Below, piece after piece: positions 18,179 to 27,857 of a stretch of 64,000 bases of DNA. The translations under genes were made by a program, and so were the position numbers. The notes beneath the pieces were generated by a model. The model made no database searches and had not been told where the DNA came from. It saw only the letters and a program-made list of their open reading frames with translations. Each line of letters starts with the position of its first letter. Position 1 is the stretch's first letter. The stretch lies in contig CAZDOJ010000001.1 in NCBI GenBank assembly GCA_964507055.1, positions 913,313 through 977,312 of the forward strand, in the 5' to 3' direction. Source of the DNA: an uncultured Gammaproteobacteria bacterium. Its GTDB lineage: Bacteria; Patescibacteriota; Microgenomatia; Levybacterales; UBA12049.

Positions 18179-19452
18179 TGACTGAAGACCAACTTGCCCT
18201 GCAAGCTATACAAAAAAAACTCGTTGGGAAAAGACTCAACTACGAAGAAATTTTTGCCGTTATGGATGCAATAAGCCATGAACGCCTTTCGCAAGTACTT
18301 ACCACCTACTTTGCTGCATCTGGCTACTCCAAAGGATTTTCTAACGAAGAAATGTATTTCCTCACCAAAGCAATGATTGAAACCGGTGAGAAGTTAGAAT
18401 TTAAAGGCATTGTCGCAGATAAACATTCTATTGGAGGAGTTCCTGGAACAAGAACAACACTTATTGTTACACCAATCGTGGCAGCCGCTGGATTTACCAT
18501 ACCAAAAAGCTCATCTCGTGCAATCACTACGCCTGGAGGAACTGGAGATGATATGGAAGTATTGGCCCCAGTGACTTTTGGTAAGAAGGATATTTATCGA
18601 ATAGTTGCTCAAACTGGAGCATGTATCGTTTGGGGCGGCGGAGTTGATATTGCACCAGCAGATGATGATTTAATACAAGTTGAAGAACCATTGCTTCTGG
18701 AAAGCTTTGATAAAATTCTCGTATCAATTATGGCAAAGAAGGTTGCGTTTGGATCAAATCATATTGTAATCGATGTCCCCTATGGCAAGCATGTTAAAGT
18801 GCATAATAAGGCGGATGCAATGATCTTGAAACGTAAATTTGAATACTTGGCAAAGCGATTTAACGTAAAGCTTAATGTATACGTTCACGACACTAACGAA
18901 CCAGCAGGTCGTGGAATAGGGCCCCTTCTTGAAACAAAAGAAGCATTGAAGGTACTCGAGCAATTACCTGATAGACCTATGGATTTGGAAGAGAAGGGAC
19001 TCCATCTTGCTGGTATGGTATTGGATCTTTGTCTTGAAGATTCACCAAAGAAGTTGCAAGACAAAATTAAAGAAGAATTTGGTAATGGAAGAAAATGGGC
19101 TGAATATATTCTTTCAAGCGGGCACGCATTGAAAAAGATGCGTGAAATTATTAAAGCACAGGGTGGAAACTCTGGTATAATAAGTACGGATCTTCATCCT
19201 GGTAAACACACATATGAAGTAAAAGCAAAAGTTACCGGGGTAGTGAAAGAGATTGATAGTAAGAATGCTACACTTCTTGCAAAAATATTGGGTGCACCAA
19301 AGGAAAAGAAAAGTGGCATTTATTTACTTAAGAAAAGTGGCGAACATATAAAGCTTGGTGAAACAACCTTTATCATGTATAGTGAAAAAGAACATAACCT
19401 GAATGAAGCAAAGGACTCGTTATCACACTTCCCAATATTCACGTACAAATAG
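18178..19452 (+). CDS. thymidine / pyrimidine-nucleoside phosphorylase family protein (glycosyltransferase family 3; could be an AMP-phosphorylase-type enzyme)
   Basis: KHSIGGVPGTRTTLIVTPIVAAAGFTIPK...SRAITTPGGTGD matches the TP/AMP phosphorylase phosphate- and nucleoside-binding blocks. 424 aa. Confidence 0.8.
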   Translation: MTEDQLALQAIQKKLVGKRLNYEEIFAVMDAISHERLSQVLTTYFAASGYSKGFSNEEMYFLTKAMIETGEKLEFKGIVADKHSIGGVPGTRTTLIVTPIVAAAGFTIPKSSSRAITTPGGTGDDMEVLAPVTFGKKDIYRIVAQTGACIVWGGGVDIAPADDDLIQVEEPLLLESFDKILVSIMAKKVAFGSNHIVIDVPYGKHVKVHNKADAMILKRKFEYLAKRFNVKLNVYVHDTNEPAGRGIGPLLETKEALKVLEQLPDRPMDLEEKGLHLAGMVLDLCLEDSPKKLQDKIKEEFGNGRKWAEYILSSGHALKKMREIIKAQGGNSGIISTDLHPGKHTYEVKAKVTGVVKEIDSKNATLLAKILGAPKEKKSGIYLLKKSGEHIKLGETTFIMYSEKEHNLNEAKDSLSHFPIFTYK

Positions 19453-19453
19453 T

Positions 19454-20407
19454 ATGAAAAAGTTTTCATTTCTTATCGTTATGATTGCACTTATTGTTGG
19501 TGGTATTGGTGCATGGTGGATCAATGGAACGGCACCAGCAGATCCCTCAAACTCTACAACAAAAAGTTTTGTTATTAACAAAGGAGAAGGAGTTCGACAA
19601 GTCGCCAATAACTTAAAAGCTGAAGGACTCATCAAAGATCCAATCATTTTCTTTTTATTCCTCAAACAACAAGGCCTCGATGGTAAAATCCAAGCAGGTG
19701 AATTCACACTCGCACCATCAATGAACGCTTCTGAAGTTGCACAAGAATTACAAACTGCAACAAATGATGTGACTGTCACAATTCCGGAAGGAAAACGGGC
19801 TGAGGAAGTAGCAGATCTCCTACAACAATCTCTCCCTAATTATGATGAATCATGGAGACCACAACTAGTGGCTCAAGAGGGATACCTTTTTCCAGATACA
19901 TATTCATTTCCAAAAGATGCTGATATAGATATGGTTATTACTACAATGCAAGATAATTTCGAAAAGAAATACTCAAGCATTCCAGCAGGAAGGAATAGTA
20001 ACTTACCAAAATCTGAAATTGTAACACTTGCTTCTATGGTAGAACGAGAAGCAAAACATGATGAAGATAGACCAATCGTTGCTGCTATTATGCTCAATCG
20101 AATTAAGGCTGGTATGTCATTGGATATTGATGCAACTGTACAATATGCGACAGGTACATCAAGCGATTGGTGGCCAACACTGAACGATGCTGCAAGAAAC
20201 ATCGCACCTGATTCTTCATACAATACGTACACGCATCAAGGTTTGCCACCTACTCCAATTTCAAATCCAGGACTAGCGGTACTTCAAGCTGTCATCAATG
20301 CACCAGACACAGATTATGTTTTCTATATTACTGACAAGAATGGTATCAATCGTTACGCAAAGACTCTCCAAGAACATAATGCCAATATAGAAAAATACGG
20401 CCTCTAA
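19454..20407 (+). CDS. mltG: endolytic murein transglycosylase MltG (YceG-like)
   Basis: TM anchor MKKFSFLIVMIALIVGG. YceG/MltG blocks (GEFTLAPSM, MVEREAKHDEDRPIVAAIMLNR, YNTYTHQGLPPTPISNPG). The ORF track starts at 19403; the conserved ATG at 19454 follows the upstream stop directly. Confidence 0.8.
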   Translation: MKKFSFLIVMIALIVGGIGAWWINGTAPADPSNSTTKSFVINKGEGVRQVANNLKAEGLIKDPIIFFLFLKQQGLDGKIQAGEFTLAPSMNASEVAQELQTATNDVTVTIPEGKRAEEVADLLQQSLPNYDESWRPQLVAQEGYLFPDTYSFPKDADIDMVITTMQDNFEKKYSSIPAGRNSNLPKSEIVTLASMVEREAKHDEDRPIVAAIMLNRIKAGMSLDIDATVQYATGTSSDWWPTLNDAARNIAPDSSYNTYTHQGLPPTPISNPGLAVLQAVINAPDTDYVFYITDKNGINRYAKTLQEHNANIEKYGL

Positions 20408-20428
20408 AAACATACTTGGCAATAAAGC

Positions 20429-20779
20429 ATGATTAAAGTAGTTATTATTTCGATACTTCTTATTACTTCTATTGTCACCTATGATTTACTTGTTGGGAAG
20501 AAAAGTAATCCGTCATACTATACAGCTCCTGGTATATTTTGTTCTCAGGGCTGGGCAGCAATTACGTTACCTCCTTTCGGAATTTTTATGTGCCCCATGT
20601 ATACAGACAACCAGTCAGTGAAGGCTCATGAGATCGCACATTGGAACCAATACCATCAAATGGGCACATTAGGATTTTATGGAAACTACATTGCAGGATG
20701 GATAGTTGTAGGCTTTAACTATGAGAATAACTGGATGGAAAAAGAAGCTGTTGAAAAATCAAAAGGCTCAGCAATTTAA
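20429..20779 (+). CDS. small membrane-anchored protein with an HExxH motif (putative mini zinc peptidase; function unknown)
   Basis: 116 aa. N-terminal TM. HEIAHWNQYH. Confidence 0.45.
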   Translation: MIKVVIISILLITSIVTYDLLVGKKSNPSYYTAPGIFCSQGWAAITLPPFGIFMCPMYTDNQSVKAHEIAHWNQYHQMGTLGFYGNYIAGWIVVGFNYENNWMEKEAVEKSKGSAI

Positions 20780-21267
20780 CCTTTTTTCTTTAGCCCGCGG
20801 AACCAACGTCGACCTTGAATAGCTTTCTCTGGAGCTTTCACCTCTGGCTCATCAAGAGCTTCAATGCGATCTGCAACTGATGGCTCTTCTTCCTCTTTTA
20901 CTTCTGCTACTTTTTCAACTGGCTTAGGTGCTGCTTTTGGTACTTCTTTTTTAACTTCCTTTACTTCTGCTTTTTTCTCAACTTTTGCGATAGTCTCTTC
21001 TTCCTTTTGAACAGCCGCTGCTGCTTGTGGATTTGATTTTACATAATCTTCTTCTTCATCAATTTCATCAAAGAGTTCTGAAATATCATCAGTCTGATTT
21101 GCATATTGCTCCATTTTTGAGAGCTTACTTATAATTTTTTCTGAAACATCACGTAATATTTCGCGGCCTTTTTTTGTAGTGAAGAGCAGTGCGATAAGTA
21201 CCCCGACGATGACTCCAAAGATGAAGCCGTTTCCTCCGCCTTGTTGTTTTGTTTCTCGTTGATCCAT
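20776..21267 (-). CDS. YtxH-like membrane-anchored stress protein (Gly-zipper TM plus acidic/Lys-rich coiled tail)
   Basis: GFIFGVIVGVLIALLFTTKKGREILRD resembles the YtxH/DUF948-type N-terminus. E/K-rich tail. Confidence 0.5.
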   Translation of the reverse strand: MDQRETKQQGGGNGFIFGVIVGVLIALLFTTKKGREILRDVSEKIISKLSKMEQYANQTDDISELFDEIDEEEDYVKSNPQAAAAVQKEEETIAKVEKKAEVKEVKKEVPKAAPKPVEKVAEVKEEEEPSVADRIEALDEPEVKAPEKAIQGRRWFRGLKKKG

Positions 21268-21311
21268 ATGTATCTAATTGTTGGGATGTATTATTGAGTG
21301 GAAGTATCTAA

Positions 21312-21587
21312 TTATTGTTCTTTACTTCTACCTAATAGGCTCTGTACGAACTTGGCAACAGTCAAAAGTGATGTAGCTTTGGTTCCAAGTGCCAATGATG
21401 AGAGAGCTGAAAGAGGAGCATCAATATTTTCTGTAATTGACTCTGCGTTATCGAGGACTCGATTTGTTTTAACAAGAGTTTCGCGTAATTCTTTCAGAAT
21501 ATAATACACTTGGACTCCTAGAATAACCAATAAAATTGTCAAAACAAGGATGACGAGAAGTAAGACCATTTGGACAGGATCTATCAT
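21312..21587 (-). CDS. DUF948-like small membrane protein
   Basis: 91 aa. N-terminal TM then coiled region (ILKELRETLVKTNRVLDNAESITENI). Confidence 0.45.
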   Translation of the reverse strand: MIDPVQMVLLLVILVLTILLVILGVQVYYILKELRETLVKTNRVLDNAESITENIDAPLSALSSLALGTKATSLLTVAKFVQSLLGRSKEQ

Positions 21588-21700
21588 ACTTAATTAGAGT
21601 AACCTAATGGTAACTCTTCTGTCAAGTAAAAATTAGGAAAGAAATATAACAATTGATATATAAATATCCTTAAAAGCATCAGAGGAATACTAAGCAAGCT

Positions 21701-22330
21701 CTACTTTACGAGAATATTTCTTTGCTCTACTGTTTCTTTACCAAAACGATTTGTTGCTTTAATTGAGATTGTCGTATTTCCAGGAAAGAGGGTTAATCGT
21801 TTACTAAATTTTCCATCACTGCTCACTGTAACTGGTTGATTATTTACATAGACAGTTGCGTTATTATCTGCTTTACCTGAAACCATAATTTCCTTTGTAG
21901 TCGTGCTATTGGGTGCAGGAGAATCAACTGAAAGCGATGGCGGGAAGAATGCTGCACTATATTGAAAGAAGAGGTAAATAAGAAAAAGGACTAAGGCGAT
22001 ACTGGCAATAAGCAGTGATTGCTGAAAGCGAATACGCTGCAACGGAAATTCTTCTTGTTTGACTAATGAATCAGGAAGTACTTTATATGCTTTCTTTTCA
22101 TCAAATTCACGTTTAAAAAGTGCTGTGATCTCAGCTTTGGATAAGCCTAAGTAAGTGGCATAATTACGTACAAATCCTTGAGCATACGCTGGTGAGGGCA
22201 ACTTATTGTACTCCCCTTTTTCAATTGCCGAAAGGAAAATAGGTTTTATTTTTATTGCCTGTGAAACCTCTTCCAAACTTAATTTCTTTTGCACACGTAA
22301 TGTGTGAAGCCTTTGTCCTAACTTAACCAT
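21701..22330 (-). CDS. rodZ: cytoskeleton protein RodZ-like (XRE HTH - TM - C-terminal domain)
   Basis: LGQRLHTLRVQKKLSLEEVSQAIKIKPIFLSAIEKGEY (HTH). Central TM. C-terminal beta domain. Confidence 0.7.
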   Translation of the reverse strand: MVKLGQRLHTLRVQKKLSLEEVSQAIKIKPIFLSAIEKGEYNKLPSPAYAQGFVRNYATYLGLSKAEITALFKREFDEKKAYKVLPDSLVKQEEFPLQRIRFQQSLLIASIALVLFLIYLFFQYSAAFFPPSLSVDSPAPNSTTTKEIMVSGKADNNATVYVNNQPVTVSSDGKFSKRLTLFPGNTTISIKATNRFGKETVEQRNILVK

Positions 22331-22423
22331 ATTATTTTATCCTTGTCTCATTTTCTATATTATAGAGTTTTTTCAATAGGTAAATCCTAAGGCAGCTTGT
22401 AAAGGCAGTAAAAGTCTTTTTAA

Positions 22424-24574
22424 TTATTGTTCTCCTTGCTGTTGACCTGCAAGATAGTCTTGTGCATTTTGTCGCAAAACCTCACGAGGCTTTGCTCCAT
22501 CAGCTGGTCCGATAATACCAATCTCCTCCAATTGATCCATCATACGAGCCGCTCGAGCATAACCAACAGACATTTTTCGTTGCAAGAATGAGGCAGATGC
22601 TGTATTGAATTGTAATACAAGTTGAATTGCTTCTTCAATTTGGCCATCTTTACCATCTGATCCACTTGATGAACCCTTACCGGTTGCACCTTTCATCGGA
22701 AGTGGCTGACTCACAATTTCTTCTGTATATTCAACAGGATAGTTCTTTGACTTCAAAAATTCAACTAGTGTTCTTACTTCTTTCTCAGAAACGAATGTTC
22801 CCTGAATACGACTTGGCTTCGCTTGATCTGGAGGAATATAAAGCATGTCTCCCCGACCAAGAAGCTTTTCAGCTCCAACACTATCTATAATAACACGCGA
22901 GTCAATCATAGAAGATACATTAAAGGCGATACGGCAAGGGATATTTGCTTTAATCAGACCGGTGATGACATTAACCGATGGACGTTGCGTCGCGATTACC
23001 AAATGAATACCTGTTGCACGAGCCATTTGTGCCAAACGAGCAATAGCATCTTCAACTTCAACTGGAGCGAACATCATAAGATCAGCTAATTCGTCAATAA
23101 AAATAACAATATATGGTAACGCCTGGAAACCTGAAAGTTCATTGTACCCATCAATATTACGTACTCCACGCTCCGCAAATATTTTATATCTTCTATCCAT
23201 CTCATTCATCGCCCATTTTAACGCAGAAAGGATCTTCGCAGGATCAACAATAACTGGAGTAAGTAGATGCGGGATACCATTATACATCGTAAATTCAACA
23301 CGCTTCGGATCGATCATGATCATTCTAACTTCTTGTGGAGACGCTCGGAAAAGGATGGATGCGATGAACGCATTACTCAAAACTGACTTACCAGAACCAG
23401 TTGTACCAGCAACAAGAACGTGTGGCATTTTAGCAATATCAACCGCCATAGGATTTCCTGAGACATCAAGACCTAGTGCAACGACTAGTTTGGACTTGGC
23501 TTTTTGCATTGGAGTCGAAGTAAGCATAGAACGAAGTGTCACAACTTCAAGTGATCTGTTAGGAATTTCTATACCGACAAGATTGCGTCCAGGAATCGGT
23601 GCTTCAATACGGATTTGCCCTGTTGGAGCTTCAGTTGCAAGTGCTAAGTCATTTGCGAGTGATGTAATCTTTGATACTTTTGTTCCAAGTGCAATTTCAA
23701 GTGCATATTGGGTAACAGCAGGACCGAGGTTTGCTTCAGCGACTCTGGTATCAATACCAAAACTTTGTAATGTGCTCTCAATCGTAGCAGCCGTTTTCTT
23801 CACATCCCCACGTTCAGCTTTTTTTCCAGGATCTTCGGATAATAAGGATGGAGAAGGATATTCCCATACTCCGGGAGCACTTCCCGCAATAATATTACTG
23901 ACGAGTCTTTCAGGAACAAGCTCTTGATCCTTCTTCGGTGCGGGAGTAACTGGACGAGTATTCTCTTTCATTGGTGCAATCTTGTCTTCATCTTCCTCAC
24001 CCTTTTGTCCTCCTTTAATCTGCAATCCTTTACCTTTTGCGAGTAATGGTTTTTCTCTCTTAAATGAAGCAAAGAGCTGGGTTGGAATAAGCCGACCTAA
24101 GCCCTCTTTAATACCACCCACCGCTTGTAACACTTCATCAATCGAAGTATCAAAGAATACTAAAATACCGACAAGTAATCCTCCAAGAAACACCAAATTT
24201 GCACCAGCTGGAGTAATGATTTCTTCTAAAATCGAATAAATCTCTGTGCCAACACTACCACTTCTGATCAATCCAACTAAAGATACAAAAACCAACATAT
24301 ATCCGACAGTTACATTGAGTTGCGATAGATATGTTTTCAATCTCAGGAAGAGAAAACCAAAGCAGAAAAGTGCAAAAGGGAAAAGGACAGCTAATGGCCC
24401 AAACATCTGCTCAAGCTTAGTACTAGCAACCAGTGTTGACTCGCTTTTATTAATTAAAGCGAACAAGAAAAGCAGCCCAGCCAGGAAAAATCCAAGACTG
24501 AAGATGTTATAAACTGTTTTCTTTTTCAGCTTAAGTTTAAGTGGTTTTTTGCGACTACTACGTTTACCGGGCAT
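22424..24574 (-). CDS. ftsK: DNA translocase FtsK/SpoIIIE
   Basis: N-terminal TMs. HVLVAGTTGSGKS Walker A. FtsK alpha, beta and gamma domains (C-terminal winged helix). Confidence 0.9.
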   Translation of the reverse strand: MPGKRSSRKKPLKLKLKKKTVYNIFSLGFFLAGLLFLFALINKSESTLVASTKLEQMFGPLAVLFPFALFCFGFLFLRLKTYLSQLNVTVGYMLVFVSLVGLIRSGSVGTEIYSILEEIITPAGANLVFLGGLLVGILVFFDTSIDEVLQAVGGIKEGLGRLIPTQLFASFKREKPLLAKGKGLQIKGGQKGEEDEDKIAPMKENTRPVTPAPKKDQELVPERLVSNIIAGSAPGVWEYPSPSLLSEDPGKKAERGDVKKTAATIESTLQSFGIDTRVAEANLGPAVTQYALEIALGTKVSKITSLANDLALATEAPTGQIRIEAPIPGRNLVGIEIPNRSLEVVTLRSMLTSTPMQKAKSKLVVALGLDVSGNPMAVDIAKMPHVLVAGTTGSGKSVLSNAFIASILFRASPQEVRMIMIDPKRVEFTMYNGIPHLLTPVIVDPAKILSALKWAMNEMDRRYKIFAERGVRNIDGYNELSGFQALPYIVIFIDELADLMMFAPVEVEDAIARLAQMARATGIHLVIATQRPSVNVITGLIKANIPCRIAFNVSSMIDSRVIIDSVGAEKLLGRGDMLYIPPDQAKPSRIQGTFVSEKEVRTLVEFLKSKNYPVEYTEEIVSQPLPMKGATGKGSSSGSDGKDGQIEEAIQLVLQFNTASASFLQRKMSVGYARAARMMDQLEEIGIIGPADGAKPREVLRQNAQDYLAGQQQGEQ

Positions 24575-24621
24575 ATCATCATTATAATGCGAACTTAAGG
24601 TTTTAGCAATTTATAATAGGC

Positions 24622-26022
24622 TTATTGTGAGCAAGTGAAGTTAGCGTCTTTTTGAAGTTTTACCATGCCACCCCATTCAACTGCTGTGAATCCTGATCTT
24701 GTTGGTATTGATCCAATTGATGGAGCATCAACAACTTTACGATCTTTTAATGGTTCAAAGTATACTCTTACTCTGATTGTTGTATCTGGTTTTGGAGAAA
24801 TTGTAAGTTTCTCAATTTGGTCTACCACTGATACTGGCATCACACCTACAAAGTAATATGGTGAGTATGGTAGATACTTATTCCAGTATTCTTTAAAGTC
24901 TGCAGTTTCCTTTGCATTCAAACCGAGCTTCGGAAGGATTTCTGAGTACAGAGAATCTAGTTCTGTATACGATGCTACATATCCCTTTGTTGGCTTATCA
25001 AATGAATTATCTGGAATTTCAGCTTCATAGTATAAGTATGGGAATGTTGTACCTTCAGAATAAATCGTTCCATCAGGATCAGCGGTAACATTCCAACCAC
25101 CTTGTGGGTACTGTGGAATGGTATTCTTCAACGGTCCTGTTGCATCAACACGTACAGCAGTTTGTTGTGTTTGCGTTGGATAGAGATAGATCGCAGGCTT
25201 GCAATCAGGCGTGAACCAACTGTAGACGGGAGTATCGACGAGATAGAACCACTTCAATTGAAGATTTTCTTTTGCTTCGCTTGAGAATTGAACGGGTTGC
25301 TGTGTTGGAATATATTCATATGCGTCATTACCATCAATGAGATATACCGTGCCAAGATGGTAGTAAAGAGTATACGCTTGATTTCGAGATTGAACAAAAA
25401 GAGTCCCTCCATTTTGCACACCTTGTCGTGCTTGCAAAGCATTTAATGTACCTTTAATATCTGCATAAATATACGCTGGTTCATTCAATGCTGTTCCAGG
25501 ACTTGTTACATCTGTTGTGTTAAACGCAGCCGGAGGGAATTGACTTGTTCTCCAATAATCAACTGTCTGTCGTTCTCCACCTTTGCTTGTACAATTCTTA
25601 ACAAAGTCTGGAATCGCTATGCCATCTTTGATATAGACATTGAATAAGACCATGTTCTTATTCTTCTTTCCTGAATCAACATACACAAAATCATCTCCAA
25701 TTGGTTGACCATAGTAATTCTTTCCATTAGCTTTATACATATCTTTTCCATTTGCATTTCCACCTGAGGCAACACCAATTTTTGCCATATCACCTTTTAC
25801 TTTATCTTCAGTGATACCAGCATTAATCTTGAGGAGGTTAAACTTAACACCGTTATAGGTAACCTGATCTGCAGTGTTTGGTGGATCGTAATCAACACAA
25901 GCTACAGCATCAACAGCGGTTGTATTGACAGGGTCGTAGTTTGGTTTCATTGCGGTTGTTGCTGAAAGTGCAACAGCAGCTACTGCAACAACTCCAACAA
26001 CGATGATTCCACTATCTTTCAT
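24622..26022 (-). CDS. secreted hypothetical protein
   Basis: 466 aa. Signal peptide IVVGVVAVAAVALSATTA. No family recognised. Confidence 0.5.
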   Translation of the reverse strand: MKDSGIIVVGVVAVAAVALSATTAMKPNYDPVNTTAVDAVACVDYDPPNTADQVTYNGVKFNLLKINAGITEDKVKGDMAKIGVASGGNANGKDMYKANGKNYYGQPIGDDFVYVDSGKKNKNMVLFNVYIKDGIAIPDFVKNCTSKGGERQTVDYWRTSQFPPAAFNTTDVTSPGTALNEPAYIYADIKGTLNALQARQGVQNGGTLFVQSRNQAYTLYYHLGTVYLIDGNDAYEYIPTQQPVQFSSEAKENLQLKWFYLVDTPVYSWFTPDCKPAIYLYPTQTQQTAVRVDATGPLKNTIPQYPQGGWNVTADPDGTIYSEGTTFPYLYYEAEIPDNSFDKPTKGYVASYTELDSLYSEILPKLGLNAKETADFKEYWNKYLPYSPYYFVGVMPVSVVDQIEKLTISPKPDTTIRVRVYFEPLKDRKVVDAPSIGSIPTRSGFTAVEWGGMVKLQKDANFTCSQ

Positions 26023-26092
26023 ACTACATTACCAGTATATTCATTTCTTCGAAGAGTTGTAAAGATATCAAAGAGGGTCAAATCTAATGCAG

Positions 26093-27805
26093 CTATACTT
26101 CTATGACGACAGGTAAGACTAATGGACGTATTTTAAGCTTCTTATATAAGTGTCTTTCAGCAATTTCCCCAATTGACCGACGAACATGAAACCAATTAGT
26201 GACTTCACCTTTTTTTGCAGAAAATACCTTTTCAATCTCAGCGGTAAGCGATTGTGATAATTCCTTGGTATTTGTAATAGATGATCCACGAGCGATAACT
26301 TCAGGCTTTTCTGCTAATTGTCCATCAGAGGATTTCACTTCTGCCATAATAATCATAAATCCTTCCTTGGCAAGCTTTTCTCTATCGCGGATAACAAAAC
26401 TATCAACCTCTTCACCAGAAACTTCATCAACATATACATGCTTTATTGGAACTTTTTTACCGTAGCGAACACTCTGCTTTGAAAAGATAACTTCTCTTCC
26501 ATTTTCGACCAAAAAGATATCATTCCTTTTGTAACCCATTTTTTGTGCTGTTGTACGATAGTTCACCATATGTCGATAAGTACCACTAATTGGTAAAAGG
26601 TAACGAGGTTGTGTTAATGAGATAAGGAGCATATGATCTCCTGCTGATCCATGCCCTGAAACATGAAATGTCCCACCTAGAGGAGAATTATGCAATACTT
26701 TTGATCCTGTCTTGGAAATTGAATCTGTAAGAGCGTTTACTGAAAGTTCATTTCCAGGAATTGTGTCTGAAGAAAAAAGCACACTATCGAGTGGATCTAA
26801 TGCAACATCCTTGTGTTCTCCCTCTGCAATTCTTGTCATTGCAGAATTCTCTTGCCCCTGACTTCCTGCGACTATCATACAAATTTGTTTGCTTTTAAAT
26901 TTGGAAACTTCTGAAAGCGGAACTTCAGTTCCTGGACGCATATGAAGATAGCCCAAACGCTCACCTATTTGCTTTACTTTCAGCATCGAACGACCAACAA
27001 AACAAACTTTTCGTCCAACTTTTTCAGCAGCTTGTATTGCCTGATTCATTCGAGAGATGTTAGAAGAATACGTTGTAATAATAAACTTTCCTGGACATTC
27101 TCTCATCTCACGCTCAAAATTGGCACCTAAATGAGTTTCAGAAGGAGTAAAACCATCTTTTTCTGAACCAAGACAATCAGACATTAAACAAATAAATCCT
27201 TCTTGTGCTGCTTCTGTTATTTTGAGAAATTCAGTTCTTTTACCATCAGCAGGTGTAAAATCAAATTTGAAATCGCTTCCATGAAAAAGATTTCCTGCCG
27301 GTGATTTAATAATGATATTTGCACTGTCAGGAACAGAGTGTGTTACTCGAACAAATGAAACAGTGAAATCTCCCAATCGAACTTCTGAGTCAGTAAACTG
27401 TACTGTATTCACAATAGGTTTCATTTTATAATCGAGGAGTTTTTCATTTGCTAATGCTGCTGTTAAAGGAGATGCGTATACAGGAAATTCTGGAAGTTGT
27501 GGCAATATAAATGGAATTCCTCCGATATGATCTTCGTGTCCATGTGTGAGAACCAATCCAACAATTTTTTTCTTTCCTGACTTTAATGCTTCAAGCAATG
27601 GGGCAATATCTGGTAGTAACAGATTAACACCGAGCATTCCTTCATCGGGAAAACCTATACCACAATCAACAATAAGAATTTGATCTTTATATTCATAAAG
27701 ATACATATTACGAGTGACATCTTCTTCTCCTCCCAATGCCATAAATGAGATTGTTGGAAGATTTGGTGAAGTTTTTTGAGAGTTTATATTTTTCTGATTT
27801 TCCAT
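26093..27805 (-). CDS. rnj: ribonuclease J (metallo-beta-lactamase / beta-CASP)
   Basis: LTHGHEDHIGGIPF (HxHxDH) plus beta-CASP and C-terminal domains. Confidence 0.88.
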   Translation of the reverse strand: MENQKNINSQKTSPNLPTISFMALGGEEDVTRNMYLYEYKDQILIVDCGIGFPDEGMLGVNLLLPDIAPLLEALKSGKKKIVGLVLTHGHEDHIGGIPFILPQLPEFPVYASPLTAALANEKLLDYKMKPIVNTVQFTDSEVRLGDFTVSFVRVTHSVPDSANIIIKSPAGNLFHGSDFKFDFTPADGKRTEFLKITEAAQEGFICLMSDCLGSEKDGFTPSETHLGANFEREMRECPGKFIITTYSSNISRMNQAIQAAEKVGRKVCFVGRSMLKVKQIGERLGYLHMRPGTEVPLSEVSKFKSKQICMIVAGSQGQENSAMTRIAEGEHKDVALDPLDSVLFSSDTIPGNELSVNALTDSISKTGSKVLHNSPLGGTFHVSGHGSAGDHMLLISLTQPRYLLPISGTYRHMVNYRTTAQKMGYKRNDIFLVENGREVIFSKQSVRYGKKVPIKHVYVDEVSGEEVDSFVIRDREKLAKEGFMIIMAEVKSSDGQLAEKPEVIARGSSITNTKELSQSLTAEIEKVFSAKKGEVTNWFHVRRSIGEIAERHLYKKLKIRPLVLPVVIEV

Positions 27806-27857
27806 AATTCGAACTGGTATAGTATACCTTGAGGGATATATTTAAACAAGCTTAGGT

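Noticed and set aside
18178-19452. Calling the phosphorylase an AMP phosphorylase (the DeoA of the archaeal/CPR RuBisCO nucleoside pathway).
   Set aside because: At 424 aa it matches thymidine/pyrimidine-nucleoside phosphorylase length rather than the AMP phosphorylase of about 500 aa with its N-terminal extension. It was left as a family-level call. No RuBisCO or R15P isomerase is present in the window.
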